Origin: Schmidtea polychroa
Taxonomy: Eukaryota
Reading direction: 5' to 3'
Length of the DNA: 64,000 nt
Assembly: GCA_044892525.1 (NCBI GenBank)
Contig: CM097888.1
Location: 75,702,001 to 75,766,000, forward strand
Part shown: positions 23,690-37,800 of the stretch, in pieces
How the letters are laid out: every line of letters begins with the position of its first letter
Position numbering within the stretch: the stretch's first letter is position 1
Program-made: the position numbers and the translations under genes
The notes under the pieces: generated by a model
Databases searched by the model: none
What the model saw: the letters and a program-made list of their open reading frames with translations, nothing else
What the model was told of the DNA's origin: nothing

Positions 23690-25216
23690 TAATTATTAAA
23701 TGATGAATTGTAAAAAAATTAGTTTATTATTTTCTAACTCAACACATTGTAAAAAGTATTTTAAATTAAAATTTTACTTATAACTATGTAAAATTTAAAT
23801 GAATGGCAAATTTCATTTTATGATAAAACTCAAATAATTTTAAAATTTCTTAACTTTTTTTAAAAGAATTCCTTTTTTTTGATTCATTTAATTTTTATAT
23901 TTTGAAATTTGTGGATTTTTATGTATTATTATTTCTTGATATCAATATTTTATATCATTACATTCCGAACTAACTAGGTAATTTATAATATTAATATTAA
24001 AATATTATAATTATATAGAAATTATAAATGTAATAAAAATTATTTAATTTTAAATTTATTAAAAATACAAATATTAATTTTTTTTCAATTTTAATTGATA
24101 TAATAAAATAATTAAAATAACTAAAATAATAAAATAATTAAATAAAAAAATTAATTAAATGAGTTATTTTATTAAATTTTATTAAATTTCTTTTTGTAAT
24201 AGATTTATATAATTTTAAATTTAATTTATCTTATAATATAAAAATAAAGATATATTAAAATATATACCACTTAAAATGAATTCTTTAAAATGTGATGAGA
24301 TAGCATTATCATTATATATAAAAATTATCAACCGAAAACAAGTATTGTATATCATATATACAAAACCCACCGATCTTAAAACTTCTTTTTTTAAAAAAAT
24401 TGAAAAATTGAAAAAAACGAGATTCACGTTTTAAAGAGGACAATTACCTCTTTCATTATCAACAATTTGGTAAATTCTTTTGTAAGGAAAACGGCTGAGT
24501 TTTCAAATCTCGCGTAATAATAAATTTGAAACCTTTTTCTAAATCAGAATAATAAAAATTATACTTTATTTAGATCAAAATGGCAAATAAGCACCTGACA
24601 CTGTGTGAGATATTATTCTTTCCATTGAGAAGTACACTATTTACAATAATTTTTTTATTTTTAAATGTTTTATTAATAATATTTAAATTATAAATTTAAT
24701 TAAAATTATTTCATTTAAAATTTATTAATAATAATAAAAATATTTAATTATTTTATTGATATAATAAAATAATTAAATTCATTCTACAAATGAATTATCT
24801 TATTTCGTTACATTCCGAACAAACTAGCTAATTTAATTGGATTTATGTTTTAAAATTAACATTAAAATATTATAATTATATAGAAATGAAATTTTTAAGT
24901 GTTTCATTAACAATATTTAAGTTATAAATTTAATAAGAATTATTTAATTTTAAATTTATTAATAAAAATTTTACGTTTTTTCGATTTTATTTGAAATAAT
25001 AAAATAAAATAATTAAATTTATTCTACAAATAAATTATTTTTTTTAAATTAATGATAATTTTATTTTTGTGATAGTTTTGAATAATTTAAAATTTTTTTA
25101 AATTTAATTAAAAGAATTTTAGCCAATAGTATTTATGAAAATTAATAAAATTAAATTGTTAATTTTCAATTTTGGATCATGTTTAATATCAAATTCATCA
25201 AATTAAATATACAAAT
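23690..25216. repeat. Upstream flank of Rpt5 copy A, duplicated (inverted) upstream of copy B at ~49591-50770
   Basis: GCACCTGACACTGTGTGAGATATTATTCTTTCCATTGAGAAGTACACTATTTAC (~24591) has its reverse complement at ~50160-50215; 24210-24420 matches 50244-50430. Confidence 0.85.
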
Positions 25217-26476
25217 ATGAATAACGAACATATGGAAATAGATGAAGAGATCCTCAACTTGTCTCCAAGAGACCTGGAATTCAGATTGCATTTACTCGAC
25301 AACGAAATTAGTGTAATGAATTCTGAAATCAGACAAAACAAATTCAATATGAAAGAAAAACTTGAAAATATAGATTCTATTAAAAAAATGATAGAAAAAC
25401 AAAAAGTTCCTCCATTTCTTGTTTCAACCATTGTGGAAATTCTCAATATTGAACCGGACGAAGAAGAATATGAAGATGGAGCTAATATTAATCTGGACAA
25501 TAAAACTACTGGAAAATCTGTTGTCATCAAAACGACTAATAGGAAAACTGTTTTCCTTCCAAATACAGGCTTGATTGATTCTGACGAATTGAATCCTGGA
25601 GATTTGGTTGCTGTCAATAAAGATTCTTTTATTCTTATAGAGAAATTGCCATCAGAAATCGATCCTCGTGTGAAAGCAATGGAAATTGATGAAAAACCAA
25701 CAGAAAAATATAGCGACATCGGAGGATTAGATTCGCAAATTCAAGAATTAATAGAAGCCGTTGTATTACCAGTTATTCACAAAGAACAATTTAGAGCAAT
25801 TGGCATTCAACCTCCGAAAGGAGTTCTCATGTATGGACCACCTGGAACTGGTAAAACTCTACTAGCTAGAGCTTGCGCTGCACAAACGAAAGCCACATTT
25901 ATCAAATTAGCAGGTCCACAATTAGTTCAAATGTATATTGGTGATGGCGCTAAATTAGTGAGAGACGCCTTTGAATTAGCCAAGCAAAAGGCTCCAACTA
26001 TCATTTTTATTGATGAACTCGATGCTATTGGAACAAAACGGTTTGACAATGAAAAATCTGGTGATCGAGAAGTTCAAAGAACCATGCTTGAATTACTAAA
26101 TCAACTCGATGGTTTCCAACCAAATGATGATATCAAAATAATTGCTGCAACAAACCGAATAGATACGCTTGATCCTGCCTTGTTAAGAAGTGGAAGAATA
26201 GATAGAAAAATCGAATTTCCAGCTCCAAATGAAGAGGCAAGAGCAAGAATTATGCAAATCCATGCAAGAAATATGAATGTATCGAAATTAGTAAATTTTG
26301 AAGAATTGTCAAGATCTACTGAAGATTTCAATGGAGCCCAATGCAAAGCTGTTTGTGTTGAAGCTGGAATGATTGCATTACGAAATGGATCGAAAGAGAT
26401 TGTCCATGAAGACTTTATTGATGCCATTTTAGAAGTACAATCAAAGAAGAAGCCCACTCTCAATTATTTTGGATAA
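25217..26476 (+). CDS. PSMC3: 26S proteasome AAA-ATPase Rpt5 (regulatory subunit 6A), intronless, copy A
   Basis: 419-aa ORF; EDGANINLD, Walker [32 protein letters not shown], Walker [31 protein letters not shown]. Confidence 0.95.
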   Translation: MNNEHMEIDEEILNLSPRDLEFRLHLLDNEISVMNSEIRQNKFNMKEKLENIDSIKKMIEKQKVPPFLVSTIVEILNIEPDEEEYEDGANINLDNKTTGKSVVIKTTNRKTVFLPNTGLIDSDELNPGDLVAVNKDSFILIEKLPSEIDPRVKAMEIDEKPTEKYSDIGGLDSQIQELIEAVVLPVIHKEQFRAIGIQPPKGVLMYGPPGTGKTLLARACAAQTKATFIKLAGPQLVQMYIGDGAKLVRDAFELAKQKAPTIIFIDELDAIGTKRFDNEKSGDREVQRTMLELLNQLDGFQPNDDIKIIAATNRIDTLDPALLRSGRIDRKIEFPAPNEEARARIMQIHARNMNVSKLVNFEELSRSTEDFNGAQCKAVCVEAGMIALRNGSKEIVHEDFIDAILEVQSKKKPTLNYFG

Positions 26477-27129
26477 TATTTTGATTAATTTATAATACAA
26501 TTTTTGAATTATATTCTGCTATTTTTTATTTTATATATTTTGAAAATTGATTTGTATAGAATTGTAATTATTAATTGTAATTAATCATAAATAATTATTA
26601 ATAAATAAATGTAAATATAATAAGCACTTACGAATGCATCATTTAATTAAATTTAATAAATCACTTCGCGTGTCAAGTTTGGCACGCTTGCCGTAGGTTG
26701 CTGACCCCTGATCTATATATTCTAGTATTGTAAATTATATGTTTATAAATTTAATTACCAGCGGTTGTTGACTATTATTCTTTAAGTTACGAAGTATTGG
26801 TCTCTGGCCAAAACTAAGAAGAATAAGCCTAAATTTTCATTCATAACCAGAACGGCCCTGACACTAGTGATCCCCATAAAGTCCGATCATTAAAGTAATA
26901 GTTAGTATAAAAATAACAATAAAAATAAAAGTAACATTTTTAACGCGAGTCGAGTGATAATTACAAAATACAAAGATAAAAATAATCAACATAATAACTC
27001 TATTAACAACATGATGCTACTAAGGGGACTTACTAAATGGTGGTAATATTAAGAATATTAATACTGAGAGCGATCCGATAACATATAATCAAGCGAATGT
27101 AACACTTACCGTATTATTTCTTTACACAG

Positions 27130-27690
27130 AAACGATGTAAAAAACGATCTATTTTTAATGATTTAAAAACGATGTAAAACGATTTACATTTTAATGATTT
27201 AAAAACGATTTATATATTAGTGATTTAAAAACGATGTAAAAACGATTTACATTTTAATTATTTAAAAACGATCTAAAAAATGATTTATCATATAATAATA
27301 TCAAAACGATGTAAAAACGATTTGTTTTATAATGATTTAAAAATAATGTAAAAAACGATTTACATTTTAATGATTTAAAAACGATGTGAAAAACAATTTA
27401 TTTTTAATGATTTAACAACGATGTAAAAATCGATTTACATTTTAATGATTTAAAAACGATGTATAAACGATTTACATTTTAATGTGTTAACAATGATGTA
27501 AAAAACGATTTATCATATAATAATATCAAAACGATATAAAAATCGATGTTTTATAATTTAAAAACGATGTAAAATACGATTTACATTTTAATGATTTAAA
27601 AACGATCTAAAAAACAATTTATTATATAATAATATCAAAACGATCTAAAAAACGATTTTCTTTATAATAATTTAAAAACGATTTATATTT
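27130..27690. repeat. Minisatellite, ~38-40 bp unit (AAAAACGATGTAAAAAACGATTTACATTTTAATGATTT), roughly 14 copies
   Basis: AAACGAT recurs about twice per unit across ~560 bp. Confidence 0.9.
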
Positions 27691-28859
27691 TAATGAAATG
27701 AAAATATAATGATAAAGTGACGTTAGCCACTCTATCGGTGGTCATGAACCCAAAGGTGGAAATGCTATAAGTAATGGAGCTCACTGTTTTCTATTTTCAG
27801 AAATTGTATACATTACCAACATGGTTGTTGCTAAGAGATCAAAAATTTTTTCAGCAACCCTAGGACATTTAAACACACTTCTTAAGAGCCAAAAGTTTTT
27901 ATTTTCCAGCACAATTTAGATTAAATCTGGGGCTAGCAAAGATTCAACTGTTATCTAGACAAGTAGTTCTTAAAGTTTCGGTAAACGAATTACTAATCAG
28001 CAGTTCGTGTAAAAGTCAAAAAATTAAATTAAAATATTGAAACAAACCGTGGTTGTAACCTTACGACAATCTTATAAAATATAGATCGTTCTTCTTAGCA
28101 TTCGACCTTAGGTTAGCGGTATGCGATCTCAACAATATCTTAACCGGCTCGTTACATGCAAAACTTTAAGAACCACTGTTTTAGGCAATCCATCACAACC
28201 TATCTGCAAACCACACCATTCACCATTAACCCAGCTATTCCTGAAACTTTTTTTCTTATATTTGATAAGTTTCAAACGTGCTATCGGTACAAAAGCCCAA
28301 TGGCAACTAATAAAAAAATATGTATTGTCATTGTCATACCATCTAGTGTCGCCGTAATCAAAAATTGTATCAAAAATAATGTTTTCATATCATAAAATAT
28401 TTTAATTTGTAACAGATTACCTAACAGATTACATTTTAGACGAACGACCAAGATCATTTTTAGTTTTTGTTTGCTTTTGAACTACTTAATTAATGATATT
28501 GTTTTCCATTTTTACTTCATTGTCTCATTTTAATGATTTTCTACTATTTCCATAACAAATGTATTTGGTGATGCCATTTACCGTCTGCTCATATACGCTT
28601 CCCAAAAAATGTTAATTTTGTTTTATTGTGCTTTTTAATTTTTGCACACAGATTTATGTGCAAACATAATGTTACACCAATCTAGACAACTCCAACAGCA
28701 TAAGATTAAAATGGTAATTCGTAACCAGAACACATAATTTATAAATAATTCTGGCATCTATCGAAATTCAGATAGCTTAGAAATAATACATTTTATTTTA
28801 ATAATCAATTGTAAAAACATTTATATTAAATAAATCTAAATTCAAATAAATCAAATGTG

Positions 28860-31800
28860 CTATCTAGCTACATTAACCATATATAGATGTGATCCATTCT
28901 CGTGTTCAATTTCTATATCTTCCAATATAATCTGGCCTAAAATAACCGTAATATCACCTGGATTACCTCCTAAAAATAATTAGCTAATAGAATTTATTAT
29001 AATATATTTATTAAAACAATCTATTAAAAATGTTAATAACAAAACCAATATTGAAATTTTATTGGTTTTTGTTTTGTTTTATTTTATTTTATAAATACCA
29101 TAAATCAACGAACCGCACTGGGCCTGTGAATACGTCAATAAGTGATTTTGGGCTGAGTTTAAGGAAAAACTTAACCTATTATTAGTAGCTACCTTATACA
29201 TTATCGAATATATCAATGTTAATGTGACTTTCGGTACTTGTTTGGAATTTCACGTCAATAAATCCTTTCAACAGTTTCCATATTTGTGTATAAGTTTTCA
29301 AAAATCATAGTGTATGCGTGTCTGTATTTTTTCTTTGCCTTTCTATACCGGTTCTACTGGTGTAAAAAAATCAATAAATTTTATAATATAGGAAAATCTT
29401 AGTAAACTGGATAACACTTATTGGAGGATTCTAACTTGGTCAGAGGAATAAATTACCTTACACTACGAAATTCTTATAATAAAGGGCTATCAAACAAGTG
29501 ATCAAATTAGTTATTGCGTCCGATAGTAGTCGCTGAAGCATATTTTAACAAGAATATTTTTAAAATAATAAATTTTTAAATTATTTTTAGAATTTAAAAA
29601 ATATTTTCAAAAACCTTATTACCAATAATTAACTTATTTTAATCATTTTTTCATGAAATTTAATGTCTAAAAGACAAAATTATTAAAAAAAAAGTAAATG
29701 TTATTTATAAATTAATTAAAAAATTATAAAGTAAAATAACATGAAAAAATAGCCTATACACAAAAGCGCACAAATTAATGTATAGTAAAGGACAATTAAT
29801 TTATATAAAGAAAAAAACACACTTGAAATAAGGACAAATGTCAAGGACACAGACATAAAAAAACACACAACAACCATAAAAAATGGCACAGAGACAAAAG
29901 CTATGAGCAGTAATCATTTATTACGAGATTTTTTAATTTTAAAAATATGCAATTTTGGGCCTATTTTAGTGCTTTGTCACATTCCTACTTTCCATGATTA
30001 GAAGAGAAGCAAATAAGAACAATATAAATTATAATTTATTTCAAAAATTCAAACTTAAATTTTTTTCGAAATTAAGAAAATGGTAGATTACCGGAAATTA
30101 TGAAAAATATAGGAAAAAAAGCATGGAAAAACGTAATTTACAATTGAAATATTAAATTTCAATTTAATTGTTTTTAAATATTCAGAAATTGATAAAAATA
30201 TTGATCGAAGTCCAAGAACAAGTAGAAAATTAAAAAATCTCGCGAAATTATTTGTAATTGAACACATTTTATAATTGCAATTTAATAGCTCCTACCGTTT
30301 TCAAAAATAAATCATAAATGGGCTGAAATTCATAAATACGAAATTTTAATTTTAGTAAAAATTGTTGGGTATTTTGTGCAAGTCGGTGTTACTGTCTGAC
30401 TCCTTGGTATCCTTTTATTAAGCAAACCGAACAACCCAACACAATAATATTTATTCAAAATTATCACAATTACACTTTTTTTCTATTACACACTTTAATG
30501 AAACAATCTCCGTTTACACAACTTTAAACAACTCTTTTTACTCTGCATACTTCAATTTGAACCTGAATCTTGCGCAGGGATTAATCTTCCAACGGTAGAT
30601 GTCCCTTTCTGGTACGCTGGATTCAAAACGATTTGGTTAGCACTTCGTCTTTGCTTCCTTTCGTTATACTATCGCTTTTCTTTCTTCGACCTACTGATAA
30701 TTATGTTTACTTGCCGGTCGCTTTTAAAACCCGTCTCATAATTTTATTGTCTCCTTGGCTCGAGTTTCCCATTAGCTCAAGTTTTTTACTAGCTAATTTA
30801 TTTTAGTTTTTTGTAATTATTTCCTTCTAGGGACCCCCTTTAACTTTATTTTTATTATATTTGAACTCGTCTCATTGTTCGGCATCCGCCCATACCAGTA
30901 TCCCCGGAAAATATACCTTTTTAATTTTTTTTATTTTTCTACTTTAAATTATTATTGTGAAGTTGTTTTATTAATTTTTATCTCGTTTTTGCGCCTCTCT
31001 CGTCGAACCCCAACAAAATATTATCAACATAAAATGATCAGAATTATGTTAAAAAAAATTTATAAAAATGTAAATTTAATAAAAATATAACTATTAACTT
31101 ACCATCTGCCTATAATATTTGTTTTTGCTGCACAAAATTTATATGCTTTGGTGTAAACCTAAATTAAATCTAGATATGTAATGATTGACAATGGCTCACA
31201 ATACATATTTGTTTATCTAACGGAATCCAGTGTAAATACCGTAATTTATGTTAATGCCCTTAAAATTTTAACCTTATTTCAAGTAGGTGTGTATAAATTT
31301 CTGTATAAATTAATTATGCCTTATACACCAAAAACCACTGAGATGCATTTCCTATAATATAACAAAAAAATCAATAATCTTACATTATAGAAACATACAT
31401 ACTTACTTTGATTTCACGTTGATGTTCTCATTTATAGCTCAATGAGATACATCTTATATTATAGAAATCTGAAAAGTGGAAGGAAAATTAAAAAATGCAC
31501 ACAAGCACAACACAATAAAAAACACATACAAACTTTTGATTCGTAAAATTGTAACGATGAGATACGTTTCTATAATAATTCTATTTTAGACAATTTTTAG
31601 AAAAAAAAGATCGTTGAAAATTTTTTAAATTATATTTTTAATGAAAATATCAAGAGCAGATGAATTTGGTTCAAAATCTTTTTACTCCAGATTTGATTTC
31701 CTTTAAGAATCCCCTCATATTGAGCTCAGAAAAAAAATTACAAAAATTAAAAAAATTATTCTAATCAGCGATTTTTCCCAAAATGTTTTAAAAAAATACA

Positions 31801-34800
31801 TTGATTGATTTATTTATTTAATTAATTATAATTAAAAATATATTGGACTCACATTTTTTCGAAATAATTCCAAAATACTTTAGTAAAAGACATAAAATTC
31901 CTAAAAAGCCTGAAAATTAATTAAAAATAATTTATAATTATATTGTTGATTAAAAGTAATATTTAAGTACTTGAATAATGATCTCATATCTATATGGATC
32001 AAAATTCAAGACTTAAACTTTACTTAAAATTAAATATCTTACCTGAAAGCCATTTCTAAAATGGCTAAAATAAATTTCCAAAAAACATCAAATTCATATT
32101 CAAATTGATGATGATTAATTGGTAAATATAGCCAATCGGTAAATACAGTGAGTGAATTGCTTTACACGCCAACCACCACTATAGAGAATGTATCTCAGTG
32201 GTGTTTGGTGTACACCAAAGTGCAATTGATAATCATTAATGAGACATTGATTTAGAAATGTCAATTGAGCTTTGTTTTAGTTTAAGTTATAATTTAAGTT
32301 TTTATGTTAAAATAATGAATAAAAAAGTAAGATAAATATAAATTTAATTTTTCATAGTTCACCTAAAATATCAAGTTTCTTCAAACATTTAAGGAAGAAT
32401 CTTTTAATATGATTATTCAAATGATTATACTATTTTTCAAATTACTATAATCTGGTTTTCGAAGTTCCTCGTTAACTGCTTGGAATTTTGCAGTAAATCT
32501 GTCTGCTAAATCAAATCAGCCGAAGAAACTTTAGTCCTTACACCATTTATAATTTTGCTCAGAACACTTTCGATCGGGTTCAAAAATGGACTATATGATA
32601 GGCAACTTTTCAATTTGATTATTCAATGAAGATATATTATTGTGGATGGATGCATTATCGTGAATCAAAATGAATCCAGAGCCATCGTTTCATAGTCAAT
32701 TCGGTTAGAAATGACTGATATGATTCCTTTTTAAAAGAGCCAAAAATAATTGGTGAATGGATTTGCTCATCTTTGGATATTGCCAAAACTAGGGAAATAT
32801 TGGGACCTCCATTTGTTGGCATATTGTTAAAATTTGATTGCCTACTCATGATCTACCAATCTCTTGTTCGTTCATGTATTGAAAGAGCATTCATCTATGA
32901 ATTTCTTGAAATGGAATAATCGATTCTGATGAAGCTTCTGAGATATCCTCAAACATTTTTTTTATAATTAATTGTTTTAATATTGAAAATTTTTAGCTAA
33001 TTAAATGTCCGTATGCTAAATCAATGTCCTATTGTGTATTTTTTATTATAGAAATTTTGTGAACCGTGTTTGTGTGATTTATTTATTTTTCTTCCAACAG
33101 CGATTTTTTCTATCTTTCTATAGTGTAATTGCCAATTTAATGCCACAAAGCTAATTCAATGTCACTTCTGGTTACTACACAGACATTTAATTATAGGTAA
33201 GTTAATATTTATATTATAAAAAACCAAATCAAAGTCCATTCGATGATAATCAATTGCTGGTTGGTGTATTATACCTTAATTTACAGCACAACGTATTGTA
33301 ATTTATGCTCTTATGTGTATTGTTATTTATTGATTAAAGAACACAGAAAACCAAAGTATCAAGGCGATTAATATCTGAATTCGAAGATTTTCAAATTTTA
33401 ATGCAATTATCTACGTTAAATAAAAAGTTAACATTTAAAGATTTTTTTTCAACTTCACTTATTTTTATTAGGGAAAACAAATCGATTTACATTCATAATG
33501 AAAATAAATGATTTTATTGATTATATTGAAAGTTTTTCAGTTACTTTAAATCACCCTGGAATTATAAATTGAATGTTTATTTTTGAGAATAAAAGTTTAG
33601 GCTATATCATTTATAATTACGTACATTATTAAGATAGCATAATCCACAATCATGTGATCATTGATTGAGTGAATTCTAAAAATATTTGAAAAAATTTAAC
33701 AGACCTTTCACATCTATTCCGTGAGATCGTGCCTCGCAAGCAAATGGCGTTAAAAAATCAGACATTACAGAACATTTCTGAGCACGGTCTACTAAACGTT
33801 GAGCACAAGCCAGTAATGATTCACGTTTGCGATTCTTTATAAGAATTATATTTTTGATATTTTATTTGACTGCATACTTGAATTAGCGATACTTCCTGAA
33901 GTATCATAGATGTGGGTAAATTATCAAACAGCCCATCCGTTCCAACGACAACGATGTCTCCTTGCTGCATTTGAAATTGATCCTGGAGAGCATCATCAGG
34001 ACTATTATAAATAACTTTTTTTATGTACTTATTTGATTAATTCATTTAAAAAGCTCTTAAATTTCAATTGAAATAAAATGTATCAAAAGTCTGCAAGATT
34101 TCATGTAACAAACTACGTGTGCAAAGTACGTGAGTAGTGAGCAATCAAATCATATTTTATGTAATTTTTAAATTTAAATTTTTTTTCCAAAAAATATTAT
34201 TTTTTAAATCATCCTGTCACTATTTACACTGCATGATTTGTTTTAAAGTATGACTGAAAGTGTAATTTAAATTTCTGAGTCCCGGAATTTTGAATTTGAC
34301 TTTTAAATAAAAAAAATTGATCACTGATAATTGACTTTAAGTATCTGTTACATAAAAATCAGTAACACTTGTGTTAGTTAAAATCATTGAATAAATTGAG
34401 ACCATTTACTGCTTGATGATAGTTGTTGCTATCTTGCAGACCAACAGGTCTAAAACCTTGGATTAAATGCATATTAAATAACTAATAGTGTTATTGTTAG
34501 GATAAATTAAGATAATTTTCACAGAACATAATTAATTAGGGTAATTTTATTTTTCAAATGATCTTGGAAAATATTTACGAGGACAGTACTCCAAGAACAC
34601 TTTCATTTTGAGGGAAGAAATAAATTCGTGAATCTTAATTGTTTTTTAATTGTTGCAATGACATGCTAGTGCCCTCTTACATCTTTTTAGGAGAAAACTG
34701 CTCCTAAAGTATCTAAATTCGCATTGGTGTCTAATATAAATTCTTTTCTGAAATCTGGGAATACCTATACTGGTTTGTTTACAGTGCTTCTTTCATTTCT

Positions 34801-37800
34801 TCAAACACGTCGCGACAAATTCATTCTTTGGAACACATTCAAATTGGGAAATAATTTGGAAAATTCCAGTTTTAATTTGTAACTTTTACAAGCAGAAATA
34901 ATTTGTGCTATTTTAAATAATATTTAATATAAAATAAGGTTTACTATAAAATATGAGAAAACCAGTATCCCTTGCTTTTAACTCAATTGCAGAAAACTTT
35001 TCGAAGTCCCTTATCTTTCATTCACTATTTGAGCTTCTTATTAAACTTTGGTTTGCTAAAGTTTTCCTGGTCTTTCTATTACCTCGTGATAAATTCATTC
35101 TTAGGAATATTTTTAAATTGGAAACAAGGTATTTTTTAGTTAATTTTTTTGAATTTGGCCCCTTGCCAAAAAATCATTGGTTAAAATTATCAGTAACAAA
35201 AAAAATTCAATGAAAAGATTGATTTTTGAATCTTTGCTATTTTTTTCAGAAGTATATTTACAATGTTCGACATTGATTTGAGACAATATAATATTATTAA
35301 ATAGCAAAGAAGTCCAAAATCAAGTATCAAGAAAATATAAAAAAAGAATAATTTCAAATAAAAAATCATTTAATAAGTAAATATAAATAAAATTAAATAA
35401 ACATTCATAATCTATCTATTTTCATTTTATAATAATCAAATATTCCTCAGTCAACATAAAATCCGATTATTGTCATTGGGCGAATGATTAATGATAAGTG
35501 ATGATTAAGTTAGTGGGAAATAAGAGTCAATTATAATAAATTCCGAAATGTTTATATGATAATTATAATATTTAATTTGTAAAAAGATTTGTAAAAACAA
35601 CGTGTCGCAGAATTAAAGGAACAATTAAAAAATACTGATTTAAATATTCTAAATAGAATGATAGTCAGAATATTTAAACAAACTTATTTACGACATTCTT
35701 CTTCTATCATTGTTGAACCGAGACGAAGGAAATATTCTCCTGTTTATTCGTGTGACTGTAGCGTTTGACGTCTCGATTGGTCCCGCTGATGAATCGTTTA
35801 GGGTTTTCGTTTACGCCTGGGTTATACTTATAAATGTCTGATCTTCAACATTAAAAAAAATTTCTAACGAATGATTGTTAACTGGTGGTTCTAGATGTTT
35901 TATTGACAATGTTAATTCTTCATTTTTGATGTTGAATTCTATCGAAGTACAGATAAATGGTATCGTCTTCGAATGATCAATTTTGGCGCTTTTATGTAAC
36001 TTAAATAAGACATTACAATTTGGTTCATATGGGAAATAGAGTAAAAGTTATCAATAAGTCTTTGATTCAGGGACACATAGATAATCAATATTTCCTTCAA
36101 AAAAGTTTTAAACCATGCAGTGGTGCAATGTTTGCATGTCAAACAGAGTAAACATGGTTAAAGTCTGTCAATTATGATTTGGAAATTATAAAAAATTGAA
36201 GATTCGATGATGAAATGCCAAACATGTCAACAAAAATTTGATCTTATTGCCATTAAAAATACTTGGGCGAATTTTTTGCACTTTACAATCAATAATGCAT
36301 TAAAAAATAAATACTACGATGTGACAGTTTTCAAATTTCGTCAAAAGTCTCAAGAATACTACATTTAATCATTATTTACACTATTTTGCATTTTAATGTC
36401 AATAATGCACTTTAAAATCAATACCAAGAAATATACTTCAAAACATGACATCAAAAGTTTCAACAATAATACATGTAAACATTTTTTGCACTTTATTGAA
36501 CATTTAAATCAATATTAAACATGTAGATTTGCAAATATAAAGTACTCGTAAAAATCTCTTTTTTATACTTACAAAAATAAAGTAATATATTGTCTAACTC
36601 AAAAAAAATTTTTTCTTAGATTAAACCAACTTCTGGTGGAGATACAAAAGAGTTGCGGTGAACAAAATTACTCCATTCTATAAGCAAAAAGAAATTTTCA
36701 AAAATCTCCAAGAAAACCCTGCACTTAAGTATTTTATACAACCACCCCGGAGGGGGGTTCTTACAAATTTAAAATATTAGTACACCAATCCCTCGCTAAA
36801 CGAATTAATTCGTTCGGAAAAAATTGAACGTAAATCGAAATTTCGTTATCGAATTTTTATTTTAATTATCGGTAATATAAACCAAGAATTTGGATAAAAA
36901 AAGGTAATTTATAAATAAAAATATCTAATCAATTCATATTATTGAAGAAAACATTTGTAATTCAAAAACAAAAATAATATGTATGTATTTTATTTATTCA
37001 TAACAAAAAAATATATCTATTACATAAATAATTCAAGGAACATTAAACATTTAATTAACTTAGTAAATTCATATTACAGTAAAATCTTTTTTACACAATT
37101 TTGCAGAAAATCATGTAAATAATTAAATTTTTTTTTTAGAATTCGTGTTAAATCAAAAATAACGTGTAAAAAAATTTAAAATTTCTTGTTATTTCAAAAT
37201 CGTGTAAAAAATGATTTTACTATATTCTTATACGTATTATGTTTATGTACTCCTGTTTATGCACTCTAGATCTATGCGCTGGAATCCAAATCTACGTAAG
37301 AATCCAAATTGTTAAAGTTTTTTTTATTAGCAGAACTGTCGAAGCTATTGGTGATAAAAATGAGTCCAACGTTGGTTTTTTTGCCGCATATTTTTTTCTC
37401 TATATATCTGTTTATAACAGTCGATAGCATCGTTGATTACTCGATATACTTTTAAACGGTGTTGCTCGATATGATCTTTCTCGTTTAAAATGCATATGCC
37501 TTCTTCAAAACTCGATAGAGCAGTAGATAAGTCCTTGGTTGTGAGACGTAGCTGAGCTTTTTCAATATTATTTTCGTTTTCTTTCTCATACTCTTCTGGT
37601 GGTAGATTTTGTTCCAGCTATATCAAATCTTCATCTGAAAGACTGTCCATGTTAGCCTCTAACAAGACTGCAATATCAGATTCTCCTAATTCCGTAAACC
37701 CAAGTAGATTTCCAAGTCTAACCACATCTGCGACAATTCCTGAAAGGCCTATAGCATGAACATCAGAACATCATCTGCGTTTACGTTGTCTGGCCAAATA

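Noticed and set aside
25198-26463. Antisense ORFs of 173 and 120 aa, repeated at each Rpt5 copy
   Set aside because: Shadow frames; their recurrence only reflects duplication of the sense gene.
25217-26476. Rpt5 as a horizontally acquired or contaminant (e.g. microsporidian) gene because it lacks introns
   Set aside because: It keeps the EDGANINLD segment typical of non-reduced eukaryotic Rpt5 and sits in duplicated host-like flanks. Not formally excluded without a phylogeny.
31200-31262. Alternative PPTC7 last exon (ITVFTLDSVR after an AG)
   Set aside because: A stop precedes ITV in that frame and there is no GGxP motif; the 28860-28969 exon fits phase and homology better.
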